A DNA stretch of 64,000 nucleotides from Octopus sinensis (Eukaryota), in assembly GCF_006345805.1 (NCBI RefSeq), contig NC_042999.1, positions 25,234,001-25,298,000 on the forward strand. Reading direction: 5' to 3'. The position numbers and the translations under genes were made by a program. Below, one piece after another: positions 12,467 to 25,790 of this stretch; the first letter of the stretch is position 1; each line of letters opens with the position of its first letter. The notes beneath the pieces are model-generated. The model had not been told where the DNA came from. It worked only from the letters and a program-made list of their open reading frames with translations, and did no database searches.

Positions 12467-12678
12467 AGGCGGCGAGCTGGCAGAAACGTTAGCACGCCGG
12501 GCGAAATGCGTAGCCGTATTTCGTCTGCCGTTACGTTCTGGTTTCAAATTCCGCCGAGGTCGACTTTGCCTTTCAGTTACCAGTTACGCACTGGGGTCGA
12601 TGTAATCGACTTGATCCCTTTGTCTGTCCTTGTTTGTCCTCTCTGTGTTTAGCCCCTTGTGGTAGTAAAGAAATAGGT
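12467..12678 (+). mobile_element. SINE family C copy
   Basis: Head plus one internally deleted unit. Confidence 0.85.
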
Positions 12679-13129
12679 TACATACAGTGTTGTTGAACCT
12701 AGATCCCTGCTAAAATCTTCGAGTTTCAGACTACAGGTAAAGAGACATAAGGCGCCACTTGGAGCACACGGCTACTGCCATATCGATATTTGTAACTGAG
12801 TATATGGCACCTCTTAGACTATCCTTTCACTTATTCACTTTCTCTACAAATTCGATTGCTATTACTGAAAATATTTTTTCATCACGACACTCGATGAATA
12901 GGTCATATTCTGATTTTATCTTACTTGTTTACCTGTTTAGAATTTACCTGATGATGATGAGATTTTTGATATTACGTAGTCTATGAATGCATCAATAAAA
13001 CGCTACCTGAACAACTGTAGTAAATTATAAACCACACATGATTTTCTTGTATTCATACGCCACAACTGGAATCAACACTGGGCTGGATCTACGTTTCATA
13101 TTGGATTTGTTACGTATGTATATACATAA

Positions 13130-13187
<58 letters not shown>

Positions 13188-14013
13188 CGTATGATCGTTG
13201 TATGTAATCTATTTTGTCTCGTGTGCGAGAATTAGCACGCACAGTTTAAACGACGATTTATTATTTAAATTTAATCTGCAAATATGAAAAATCAGATGTT
13301 AAATATCTGACCTTGGTAATTCATCAAGCACTACTGTTGCATGATACTGCGTGAAAAGTGCTGTTAAAAATTGTCTTCAAATTCTATCGCAAAGGTTGCA
13401 TTTCACTGTTTCTTTTTAAATATGTTAAATTTCTATCACATCTACTTCTATCCAATTTTTCATTCGTTTAGTGATTTTCTTAGAGTATTGGATTAGCCTA
13501 ATTCGTAGGCCATAGGGTAAAATTAGTTTTTTTTTCGCTCTATATATTCTGAGTTTAAATCCCCCCGTGGACTACACAGCATTTAATTGTAATCTATATT
13601 TTTTTATTTCTGCAGTCCGTTATACAGTATATTTGGTTTAAATCTGTCCTACGCACGTTTCTGCAGCATAGACAAATATTAATTACATTTTCATCCAGTT
13701 ACTTTCGACTGGTTATTAGACTACGCAACTGCATTCAAGGTCCGTCTACTGACATGGTTTGAACCAAACTGTGAATACGTAGGTTTGGTTAGCATTATTT
13801 CGTTAGTTTATTATAGCTTTTGAGTGCAATGGAGAGTAACACCTTATAGCTTCATCGGAGCCTCTAATACAAAATGCAAAGGGTCCGATGAAACTATAAG
13901 TCCACTGCAACTTATAACAGAAACACCTGTGAGCTAATGAAGTTCATAAGATAATCAATCGTTTAGTCCTTTGTCATCTCATATTTTTATCATCTTTCAC
14001 TTATCTAAGTGAA

Positions 14014-14053
<40 letters not shown>

Positions 14054-14108
14054 CGCCACCCCACTTTTCCCTTATATGTATATATATGTATATATATATT
14101 TATATAAG

Positions 14109-14185
<77 letters not shown>

Positions 14186-14359
14186 AGCTAACATAGGTAA
14201 AAAGATTCCTGTCTCTCCTAGACAAACATTTTTCAGAAACTCACAGGTACAGGTAGATATGTAACGGTGAAATTAGCATATAGCTGCTACCCCAATATGA
14301 AAAGCACCATTACATGAGAAGAACACCAAGTTCCCACTCTCAGGTGTCACTCTCGAAAC

Positions 14360-14640
14360 TCAGGATCCTGTCCACTCAATCTGGGATGTATGATTAAATC
14401 TGTCATATATGATGCAGAAGTTATAACAAACACTAAATGATAAGACAACCGATAAGAAGAGCTATATCAGATTATGTAAAAGCTACTTCAAAAATGACTA
14501 TGCTAATCAGATACCTTCTTTCCCACATAGGGACAAAAGTAATGCTACTAAGCTGGCTAGTCACGTATTGGGTTTGAAGTGGAACGCCATACTACATACT
14601 ATTAAGTGGAAAATAGTAGTAAAATCCACACCATATGTTA
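14360..14640 (+). mobile_element. Degraded PLE GIY-YIG endonuclease fragment
   Basis: Translates piecewise as SCPLNLGCMIKSVIY...YIRLCKS...SNATKLASHV...IKWKIV, similar to 30756..31001. Confidence 0.65.
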
Positions 14641-14948
14641 TCCAGACCGGGCGTTGTGAGTGTTTATTGAGCGAAAACACCTAAAAGCTCCAAGGGGGTG
14701 GTGGTGATCCCTGCTGTAATCTTTCACCACAACTTTCTCTCACTCTTATTTCCTGTCTCTGTTGTACCTGTATCTCAAGGGGCCGGCCTTGTCACTCTCT
14801 GTGTCACGCTGAATATCGCCGAGAACTACGTTAAGGGTACACGTGTCTGTGGAGTGTTCAGCCACTTACACGTTAATTTCACGAGCAGGCTGTTCCGTTG
14901 ATCGGATCAACCGGAACCCTCATCGTCGTAACCGACGGAGTGCTTCCA
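14641..14948 (+). mobile_element. SINE family A, 5'-truncated
   Basis: Matches the body and tail of 21780..22175. Confidence 0.85.
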
Positions 14949-14950
14949 CT

Positions 14951-15235
14951 ATCTCAGAGATATCATGCGATACTCGAAGATTGTCTGCACTGATCTCAAG
15001 CCCCTGCCTTATTTTTTTATCTCTTTTTAAGTAGAGCTTCTTGTTTATCCCTACTTTTGTGGAGATTTTCAGAGATGTTAGAATCTTGCAGGTTTTAATG
15101 TTTATGGAGTTGGTTTCTTCTACAGATCAGTCAAGTATCCCAAATGTTGGAATCAGCGCTGCTGTAAGAAGAGAGTTCGGACTGCCATCTTTTTCTTAAT
15201 CTGGTGTAATATTCTTGGGCCATCCTATCTGTCAG
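14951..15235 (-). mobile_element. LINE reverse transcriptase thumb fragment, R4/Dong-like
   Basis: Piecewise minus-strand translation EYYTRLRKRWQSELS ... KLYLKR...GRGLRSV, resembling the LYxxRxxGGRGL motif (from memory). Confidence 0.55.
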
Positions 15236-15716
15236 TATGTATGTATGTATGTATGTATGTATGTATGTATGTATGTATGTATGTATGTATGTATGCATGT
15301 ATGTATGTATGTATGTATGTATGTACGTATGTATGTATGTGTGTATGTATGTATGTATGTATGTATGTATGTATGTATGTATGTATGTATGTATGTATGT
15401 GTGTATGTATGCATGTATGTATGTATGTGTGTGTGTATGTATGCATGTATGAATGTATATATGTATTATGTATGTATGTATGTATGTATGCTGTATGTAT
15501 GTATGTATGTATGTATGTATGTATGTATGTGTGTGTGTATGTATGCATGTATGAATGTATGTATGTATTATGTATGTATGTATGTATGTATGTATGTATG
15601 TATGTATGCATGCATGTATGTATGTATGTATGTATGTATGTATGTATGTATGTATGTATGTATGCATGTATATATGTATGTATGTATGTATGTATATATG
15701 TATATATGCATGTATG

Positions 15717-15750
<34 letters not shown>

Positions 15751-15795
15751 TGTATGTATGTATGTATGTATGTATGTATGTATGTATGTATGCAT
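15235..15795. repeat. (TATG)n tetranucleotide array with interruptions
   Basis: Directly visible; source of the YVCM/HTYI pseudo-ORFs. Confidence 0.97.
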
Positions 15796-16630
15796 TTAAT
15801 ATGTCTGTGTGTATGTATGAATGTATATGTATGTATGCTTTTAATATGTGTGCGTGTGATTCAAAAATATACACTGGAAAATGCGTATAATGAGACAGTT
15901 TAATCAAGGAAAACTGACCTTTCTGCAGGATGAAGCCGAATACAAATTGACTAGTTTTGACTGATTATTGTCAATGTATGAAGCGTATGTTCGCGTTGTG
16001 GAACATTCTCAGTGATGCTTATAATAAATGCTATGAGTAACAGCCACTAATTTTACTAATTGGCAAAGTACTTATGCTAGTGGCTTGTAGGAGATAAAAT
16101 AAAGAATTGACTCAGTCTGTGTTTGTGTATGTGTTGATAAATCCTGAATGAATTCACGTGCATATGTTTTATAAGTATGCAATCAGTTCCTGGAATGTAT
16201 TCGAGCTGTCCTCGAATTCTTTTGCAGAGAATAGCTTTTGGTTTACTACAGGGCATATATATACTGTGAGACTCCACGTATTCTTGGTAAATGTATGAAA
16301 ACTGTTTCGCAATTTATCGACACTCACATACACATATACACACATACAGAATCACACTCTCTTGGTCCCGTTTTCATTTTATGTATGCAGTTAATGTAAG
16401 CATTGATACGTCAATAATTATAATCAGTGCTTCTCCTACAAAGGTTCATACTTACGTCTAAGTTGCTTCCTTGCTTCGTGAGACGAATGAGATGATGCAC
16501 ATATATATGACCTTACCATCGAGGAACAATACACAACATACACACACACACACACACACATACACACACACACATACACACACACACAAATGCGCGCGCA
16601 CACAGACAAATGCGCGCGCACACACACACA

Positions 16631-17050
16631 TAGGCGTAGGAGTGGCTGTGTGGTAAGTAGCTTGCTAACCAACCACATGGTTCCGGGTTCAGTCCCACTG
16701 CGTGGCATCTTGGGCAAGTGTCTTCTGCTATAGCCCCGGGCCGACCAATGCCTTGTGAGTGGATTTGGTAGACGGAAACTGAAAGAAGCCTGTCGTATAT
16801 ATATATATATGTATGTGTGTTTGTTTGTGTGTCTGTGTTTGTCCACCTAGCATTGCTTGACAACCGATGCTGGTGTGTTTACGTCCCCGTCACTTAGCGG
16901 TTCGGCAAAAAGAGACCGATAGAATAAGTACTGGGCTTACAAAAAAAGAATAAGTCCCGGGGTCGAGTTGCTCGACTAAAGGCGGTGCTCCAGCATGGCC
17001 GCAGTCAAATGACTGAAACAAGTAAAAGAGTAAAGAGAGAGTAAAAGAGT
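16631..17050 (+). mobile_element. SINE family B, near full length
   Basis: Head taggcgtaggagtggctgtgtggtaag, CORE-like ttgggcaagtgtctt, internal (TA)/(TG), tail ending gtaaaagag repeats. Confidence 0.9.
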
Positions 17051-17345
17051 ATACACATATGTGATCTTACCATCACGGAAAAATACACTACACATACACA
17101 CACACATCCTTGCTCCGTGATGCGAATAAGATGATGTAGTACATATATATGATCTTACTATCACAGAACAATACACTTCACACACACACACACGTGTGTG
17201 TGTGTGATCTTACCATCACGGAAAAATACACTACACACACATACGTGTGTGTGTGTGTGTGTGTGTGGTGTATTGTTCTGTGATAGTAAGGTCATATATA
17301 TATGTACATAATCTCATTCTTCTCATGGAGCAAGGAACTGTGTGC

Positions 17346-17430
<85 letters not shown>

Positions 17431-17599
17431 TATGTGTGTGTGTCTATGTACGTAAGCGTGTGCAAATACTTACCAACTGATCTTATTTCCGCACTCTGGT
17501 GTTGGTCAGATATTCAGAAATTTGGACAAAGTATTATTTGTATTGTATGTATTAGTCTCTCTTTATTCCTTAATAATTATTTCATAGTCCTGTAGAATA

Positions 17600-20130
17600 T
17601 ATTTTAAAATAATTTCCTAGTTGTAGAAGTCCCCAACTTCTCTATATCTGCGGTGAATATTATCTTCCCGTGGCAGAAATTGTATGGGGTTCCTTAAAGA
17701 TTTGTGTTTTCTTGTTAATTTTACACGGCATCTAGTTGAGAATATTATGAGTAAACCTTTTCATTCGGGAACAGCTAATGCATTAATTTTTCTAACCTAT
17801 TCTTGTTATAATTTGCGCCTTCTTAGGCGTTTGCCTAAAGGGTAAAAAATTCCAACCAAATCATTTTTTTTCGTTTGCATGCATCGTATTTTGTCTCGGT
17901 CACTGATTTCTAGAGGTTTGTAAGCCAAATTTAATCGAATTCTCGTATCTCTGTTTCCGCATGTAACATTGTCTTTTTTTTTTATTTAATTCATTTTCCT
18001 CTCTTGACGATTCTTATGAGTCAGCTTTCGAAAGAATATGCAATGTAAAGATCTCTAGCGATGCAACGTTGTTTCCAGTCTTTATTCATCTGTATTGAGC
18101 AACTTGAGGTCATCAATATAAAAACTACGTTTGATCCCCCACTGTAGTATTTTTATTTTTATTCATCTCTAATATAGTTTACTATGCTAACTGAAGCCAT
18201 TAAAGCCATGCAGAAAGAAAGCAAAAGAGGAATTTTCCTGGGAATATTGTTATTCTAATTGGAAGGAAATTGTTTTTATAATACTTTCCCTTGTTGCGAT
18301 CTGGAAGATTATTTGCCATATATCATTGGCATTAGATGACTCATAGCGAAATGTTTCCAGAATCCTAAGATAGGGGGACATAGTTAAAAACTATGTTTGA
18401 TGATCCATGTCCTTCTCATATTTTTCTTATCTCTGACTGGTCTCTTCCTTTGTGACTGTTGATCAGTAATTGATTTTTACAGCCATGTAGACATTTTCAG
18501 AATCTTCTTATCTAAATATGATTATTTTTTAGATATTTATTCCCTATAATAGGATTGGAGATACCGTTCTACACGTTGTCGGCAAATAACAGAGTGTGGC
18601 CTGAAACGTTTTGGTGGAATTTGCTATTTCTTTAGTTTTGCGGATAAGTGAAACATCCATGAGAATTTTAGTGATTGTTTTATTGATAAGTAGATCGCTA
18701 AATATTTTTGCATCACTTCGTGTACTTTCTACTTGTTTCAACCAAAGTGTTTGGCATGTCCTCATTCTCTGGTTCCTTCCAGATATTAGCTTTTTTAACG
18801 CCTGGACTACTTCTACTTCAGTTGATATAGCATCCTACGATTACTCATGCGTTGCCTTTCTTGTCTGAGATATTCTCGCTATCCATACACTTTCTCAAGA
18901 ACCTTCTCTTATTTTTGATGCTATATTCATTTCTATTTTGTTTTTATATCGTTTTTGATAAAATCGTTTTGTCTTTGAATCACACTATTTGTGTTGTTCA
19001 AAGAATCGCTGTAGCTTTTCATAAAACTAGTTCTTTGTCATTTAGTTAAGATCGCCTGTTTTGAAAATCATGTTTTTTTTAGGGTATTTCACTCTTTTTT
19101 CTTTATATAGTTGATAGTATTTGTCTATTTTTGTTTTCCTCTGAGTCTTTCTTTATTGATTTAATTAACGATCGATTATTTTCTATTTTCCATATTTGCT
19201 GTATTATTGTTATTACTCTATAGCTTAATTTTATATTCAAGAGATTCTTTCATTTATCCATGGAAATATATATCGATTTCAATTATTTAACTATTTCCAC
19301 CTTGAGATAACTACAATATCATAATTTCTATCTTGATTAATGATTTTCGTATTCACTAATGTTCCTAATTTTGCCTGTGTTATTCCGGTTCAAGAATTGT
19401 AGGTCACTATTTCATAGGAATGCTAAGGTCTGATTTGCTGTTTCGATGAATGTTTCTTCCTTTCTGTTACCATATTTTAACTTTTTGTGTTTCGTCTGTC
19501 TGTTGTGTAGTATTTGTTCACTGAATAATTGTGTTACTTTGTTAGGTGGTGTCGTGTGTATTGTGTAAGATGCTACGTTTTCTTGCGTCAGGTAGTGACT
19601 ATGACGAATGTGTGCTGCATGTGTTGTGTAATGTGTTTTTAGTGTTGCGTGTGGAGTGTCAAAAATATGTGCTGTGTTGTGTTATGTTGCTGGGTAGAAA
19701 ATTTTGTATAATATAAATCGAGTTTTTGATTGTGCAAGAATATATAATATCGATTCTCCATTATGTTAGCTATGGTAGTCGAGAGAGAGTACCTGATTTT
19801 AGTCATAAGAACAATTTGAAATCTGTGAGATTATTTAATTAGTCAGATAACTCACTACGGGGACATTTTCATGCCATTTTTTTGTTTATCGTTTAAATTG
19901 TTTAATAAAATTTTATGTTTATCCTTTCTAATGTAGTAATTGCAGACTTCGTATAAACATGTACTTTTCTTTTAGTGAATAAAACCGTTGCATTTGAGCT
20001 TGTGGAATCGTTAGCAGATCGGACAGAGTTCCTAGTGGCATCTCTGAGTGTTTAAGTTTCTTGTTCAAATTTCTGTAGAAATTTTTTTTTGAGGGGGGGA
20101 TGCACCAGGTAAATATTAGGGGCGATGAAA
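17600..20130 (-). mobile_element. Heavily degraded PLE ORF (N-terminus, RT, linker)
   Basis: Scattered minus-strand motifs in the expected order: CIPPSKKNFY, PTTCRTVSP, FYIDDL, KMIWLEFF. Many stops and frameshifts. Confidence 0.45.
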
Positions 20131-20177
20131 TCAATTTACTCCCATTTAAAAGTTTTCTGGCCTTCTACCAAAATTTG

Positions 20178-20585
20178 AAGGCGGCAAGCTGGCAGAATCG
20201 TTAGCACGCCGAGCAAAATGCTTAGCGGTATTTCGTCTGCCGCTACATTCTGAGTTCAAATTCTGCCGCGGTCGACTTTGTCTTTCATCCTTTCGGGGTC
20301 GATTAAATAAGTTCCACTTACGCACTGAGGTCAATATAATCGACTTAATCCGTTTGTCTGTCCTTGTTTGTCCTCACAGTGTTTAGCCCCTTGTGAGTAG
20401 TAAAGAAATAGGTATTTCGCTCGTTGCTACGTACTGAGTTCAAATTCCGCCTTCTCCGACTTAGCCTTTCATCCTTTCGTGGTCGACAGATTAAGTGCCG
20501 GTGAAACACTAGGGTCGCGTAATCGACAAGTCCCCTCCCCCAAATTTCTGGCCTTGTGCCTATAGTAGAAAGGATTATTATTATT
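20178..20585 (+). mobile_element. SINE family C with two internal units and a terminal tail
   Basis: Same head, unit, unit, tail layout as 9620..10030. Confidence 0.85.
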
Positions 20586-20999
20586 ATCGTTGTTGTAGTT
20601 GATGCTTACTTTTAATCTGCATGTTTGTTACAAACACTTGACGAGACAGACCCAGAGCCCTGGGGCAAGTGAAAGATAAGAGATCTTACAGTATGACTGA
20701 AAACTTTATTATTATTCACTTAACTGATTTATCTAGGTCATGTCTCAGTTTGATCTCACAGTCTAGAGATGCAACACTTTCCTCAACACGTGAGCTGTTC
20801 TAAGTATTGCTGTCATTTGAATTCTTCCCAATGATTTTGGTATTTGCAGCTATTGATGCCAGGATACTGATCTTTTTGAGGTGGCTCCAAGTGCACCGAC
20901 GAAAATAGGTACCACACAAGTTTACATGATTTATTCCTATGTACGTTTCATCACTTTGGTTCTTTGGAACTCTGCACTGCACTGCACTTGCAACATCCA

Positions 21000-21500
21000 A
21001 TATAAATATTAATGATTTGTAGGTACGTGGTATTCCGTTATGCAAACACAATATACTCTAAAGTATATTAAATGTTTTCATAAATCAAAACCACGTTCAA
21101 CCATCTAGCCCATTTTCACCTTCGAACACATTGCTTATATAGCCACCGCATACAGCGGTGTTAAGTTTTTGGATATACCAATCTACATATTTAATGGATT
21201 TGTAGGTACGTGGTATTCCGTCATGCAAACATAATATACTATAGTATATTGTGTTTGCATAACGGAATACCATGTACCTACAAATCGTTAATATTTACAT
21301 ACCGGCTCCGAGAATGTGTTTAATATGCAAATTTGTATACCTGACTGCATAACGGAATACCACGTACTAACAAACCATTAATATTTACGTATCGGCTCCG
21401 GGATTGCATTTAATATATAAATTGGTTTATCCAATAACTTAACACTGCTGTATGCGGTGCTTATATAAATAATTTGTTGGAAGGTTAGATGGGTGCAGAT
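21000..21500. repeat. Foldback / nested inverted-repeat structure
   Basis: Symmetry centre aatatacta|tagtatatt at 21241/21242. The ~60-bp unit occurs twice on each strand, and the outer arms (~21105..21180 and ~21420..21495) are complementary. Confidence 0.8.
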
Positions 21501-21779
21501 GAAGAGATAAAAGCCCCTGAAATTTGGCATATACACTCATTACTCCTTTTTATCCTCGATCTCATTGTTTGTTTATATCTGACGTCTCGACACGAAATGT
21601 TATAGTAAAAATCAGTTCTGGCTATAATTTCTATAGAATATCTGTAGAAATAACCTTAACAAAATAATTCAATGTAAAGTTCCTTAATAACCACAATTTC
21701 CAAACGTACGTAGGAACAAATAATATAAATTTGTGCTTAACATAATTTCTCTTCACTTACTCTGTATATCTTAACTAGT

Positions 21780-22175
21780 GGAGGCGCAATGGCCCAGTGG
21801 TTAGGGCAGCGGACTCGCGGTCATAGGATCGCGGTTTCGATTCCCTGACCGGGCGTTGTGAGTGTTTATTGAGCGAAAACACCTAAAGCTCCACGAGGCT
21901 CCGGCAGGGGATGGTGGTGATCCCTGCTGTACTCTTTCACCACAACTTTCTCTCACTCTTACTTCCTGTTTCTGTTGTACCTGTATTTCAAAGGGTCGGC
22001 CTTGTCACTCTCTGTGTCACTCTCTGTGTCACGCTGAATATCCCCGAGAACTACGTTAAGGGTACACGTGTCTGTGAGTGCTCAGCCACTTACACGTTAA
22101 TTTCACGAGCAGGCTGTTCCGTTGATTCGGATCAACCGGAACCCTCGTCGTCGTAACCGACGGAGTGCTTCCACC
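21780..22175 (+). mobile_element. SINE family A, full length, 14-bp TSD
   Basis: tRNA-like head with A/B-box-like segments. TSD atatcttaactagt at 21766..21779 and 22176..22189. Confidence 0.92.
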
Positions 22176-22430
22176 ATATCTTAACTAGTAGTACCACTGA
22201 GTATAGTAGCTGGGTAACTACCATACTGGATCTACTTGGAGCTCTGAAATTAACAGTAATAGTTGTACATCTATTTGCACGCACAAAATACTCTGTAACT
22301 TCGTACCTAATGGTGGAGCTCCACTGACATCAAAATTGGGACATGGATAAATAATACCTTGGCGCATCACCGAAAAGTAAACTAATTACTGTTAAAAGGA
22401 CTATACCTGGAACTTTTACTATACACAACA

Positions 22431-22812
22431 TAGGCGCAGGAGTGGCTGTGTGGTAAGTAGCTTGGCATCTTGGGCAAGTGTCTTCTGCTATAGCCCCGGG
22501 CCGACCAATGCCTTGTGAGTGGATTTGGTAGACGGAAACTGAAAGAAGCCTGTCGTATATATGTATATATACATATATATATGTGTGTGTGTGTGTGTGT
22601 GTTGTGTGTCTGTGTTTGTCCCTCTAGCATTGCTTGACAACCGATGCTGGTGTGTTTACGTCCCCGGTTCGGCAAAAGAGACCGATAGAATAAGTACTGG
22701 GCTTACAAAGAATAAGTCCCGGGGTCGATTTGCTCGACTATAGGCGGTGCTCCAGCATGGCCGCAGTCAAATAACTGAAACAAGTAAAAGAGTAAAAGAG
22801 AGAGTAAAGAGT
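22431..22812 (+). mobile_element. SINE family B
   Basis: Matches 16631..17050 with small deletions. Confidence 0.88.
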
Positions 22813-23067
22813 AACTAATGACCTTATTAGGATGAGAAGATGGCAAACTTTCCACTGTGATTCTACTTCCTCACAAAATACTTATGAAACGCCTCGCCAA
22901 CTCAAGATATTAATTCTCTGCAACATAATGCAGCGACGTGTTTTCTTATGATCCGTTGTGATTAAACAGTCAACAGTTCTTGGAATATCTAATGCAGAGA
23001 TTCAAGCAACAACAATGGTGAAACGTACGTAAGAACAAATAATATAAACTTGTGTTTATCGTAAGTT

Positions 23068-23180
23068 CTATGTATGTATGTATGTATGTATGTATGTATG
23101 TATGTATGTATGTATGTATGTATGTATGTATGTATGTATGTATGTATGTATGTATGTATGTATGTATGTATGTATGTATG

Positions 23181-23214
<34 letters not shown>

Positions 23215-23332
23215 TGTATGTATGTATGTATGTATGTATGTGTGTGTGTATGTATGTATGTATGTATGTGTGTGCATGTATGTATGTTTGCACGTACGTA
23301 CGTATGTATGTAAGTATGTATGTATGTATGTC
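23068..23332. repeat. (TATG)n array
   Basis: Directly visible. Confidence 0.97.
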
Positions 23333-23911
23333 ATTGTTTAGTATTATTTCAAGATTTCTTGCCAATAGAGAAAGAACCGGTTTCTAACCTAGATTCAAGG
23401 CTCCTTTAGATTCAAGGCTCCTTCATTGGAATTCCAACATCAACAACGGTATTTTTCTATGTATGTATGTATACGTGCAGATTTGTATGTTTTGCTTTAT
23501 GTATGTATTCTCATGCATATAGTTACATATCTAGACATGCTCATATATACTTAAATGATAAACTTCGGAAAAGTATTACACATCTTTACAATTCCAGTGA
23601 TGGATTGGATCTGTAGTCTTCCAATTAGTTTTTCCTTCCTGGTTTTGAGAAGCCTAATTTCTCAAGATTGGTATTTAGGCAGTGTGTTACATATACCAGG
23701 CCCCAATAATTACAGGTATAAACCTGAACTTCCAATCTGGATATAGTAACTGCAAATTTCTCAATAGTTCAGCGTAGGTAGTCACTTTTTCATTCATCTT
23801 TGTTAATATCCGGTGGGCGGATCTTATTTCAAATTTTTTTGCCTATAGAGAAAGAACTGGTTTCTAACCTAGATCCAAGGCTCCTTTGTTGGCATTTTAC
23901 ATCAGCAACAG

Positions 23912-24097
23912 TGTATGTATGTATGCATGCATGTATGTATGTATGTATGTATGTATGTATGTATGTATGTATGTATGTATGTATGTATGTATGTATGTAT
24001 GTATGTATGCATGAATGTATGTATGTATGTATGTATGTATGTATGTATGTATGTATGTATGTATGTATATATGCATGCAGGTGTGTATGTATGCATG

Positions 24098-24131
<34 letters not shown>

Positions 24132-24153
24132 TATATGTATATATGCATGTATG

Positions 24154-24187
<34 letters not shown>

Positions 24188-24400
24188 TGTATGTATGTAT
24201 GCATGCATGCATGTACGTATGTATGTATGTATGTATGCATGTATGTATGTATGTATGCATGCAGGTGTGTATGTATGTATGTATGTATGTATGTATGTGT
24301 ATATGTGTATTTATGCATGTACCTGTGTATGTATACATCATATGCATATAACACACATCTATATATTTTATTGATATACATTATGCATATTATATATATA

Positions 24401-24465
<65 letters not shown>

Positions 24466-24490
24466 ATATATATATATATATATATATATA
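23912..24490. repeat. (TATG)n array grading into (TA)n
   Basis: Directly visible. Confidence 0.97.
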
Positions 24491-25189
24491 TCAGGTTGAT
24501 TTTATGGCCAGTCAGAGAGTGACCATTGGCTTCACACTTATAAAGAGCTTAGTTGTATAGGTGACTCGTCAAATTCAAATAGCCAGAGGTACGTAACCTC
24601 TTTGCAACTTCAGCGAGGAAAACGTCAGGGTCAGTTTAATTTGTAAACAAAATCCTGAGCGAAACGCAGCTGGTAAAACACTGGGTGAGGCGGAAATATC
24701 CTCCTTATATCGGCTCTAGTTATGTCCACGACAGGCCTGCCGAAGATGTCTCAAGATGTCAGCCTTTCCTGAGGCTGCAAATGAAGAATTCCATATTTGC
24801 AACATGAATTTCTTCTTATGAGGGCACTGACTAAAATCTCAGTTTGGAGTTTAAGAAGGGCCCCGAAACTGATATAAGGGGGATAATTTCATTCTACCCA
24901 AGATTTTGCCAGTAGAGTCTCGTTCCGGATATCTTTTTGTCTGCAAAACTAACTGACCATGACGTTTTCATCCCTCATGTTGTAGAGTGGTTATTTGCCT
25001 CCGGCCATTTGAGTCTGGCGTGTGGCCTATACAGCTATGCGCTTTATAGATGCGAAACCAATGATCACACCTTTAACCGTCCATACCTAATAACTTTCTA
25101 AATATTACTACTCTAATGCAATAGAGTGTGTTTCTTTTCGGATATATGAACTCCTGACCGATTATATATATATATATATATATATATCA

Positions 25190-25500
25190 GCCATTTGTTA
25201 CCGCAATGCTAGGGCACCACCTTGAAGAATTGTTTGTCGAATGAATCGACCCTAGTACTTGTTTTTCTTTCTCTTAAGTCTGGTACTTATTCTATCGGCC
25301 ACTTTTGTCGTACCATTAAGTTACGGGGAGGTAAACATACCAACACCGGTTGTCAAGCGGTGTAGAGGGACAAACACTGTTATAATGTCACACAAACACG
25401 CACACACATAGATATATACGACGGGCTTCTTTCAGTTTCCCCTCTACCAAATCCTTTCCCAAGGCTTTGGTCTTCCCGAGGCTATTGTAGACATTTGCCC
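25190..25500 (-). mobile_element. Degenerate SINE family B
   Basis: Recognisable reverse-complement tail and partial head. Confidence 0.65.
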
Positions 25501-25534
25501 AAGGGGCAGCGTAACTGTTTTTTGGTGTTGTTCT

Positions 25535-25790
25535 GTTTTGGGGATGGATTCTCCCTTTCTATTGGACGCAGTTCAGAAAGACACCAACTACTCTGCCTGT
25601 AGTACCACGGCTGAGCTGCTGGCCAAGATCAAACAAGTGGCCGAAAATATTCCGAGAGACCAAGTGAGGCCAGGCTCTGGAGTTGTCTTGAGGCTGTGGA
25701 GAAAGCCGAGGGAGGTTACCTTGGGTAAACTGTTATCTACAAGCCATAACCTAGTTAGGTATTTTTTGTCTTGTGTTTTCACCTGTTGTG
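25535..25790 (+). mobile_element. Tc1/maT-like transposase C-terminal fragment
   Basis: AVQKDTNY...TAELLAKIKQV...LEAVEKAEGGY resembles IS630-Tc1-mariner C-termini. Confidence 0.5.

Noticed and set aside
15131-15907. Long ORFs such as the 258-aa HTYI/YVCM repeats, and similar ones at 23000..24500 and 37900..45500
   Set aside because: They are translations of (TATG)n, (TA)n and (CA)n microsatellites, which lack stops in several frames; there is no protein-like content.
21780-21850. tRNA gene at the family A head (also 48797 and 59640)
   Set aside because: The anticodon and acceptor stems pair poorly, and the head continues into a SINE body flanked by TSDs.
24580-24900. Possible hammerhead (ctgac...gaaac spacing)
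   Set aside because: The core boxes and stem I/II pairing could not be made consistent.
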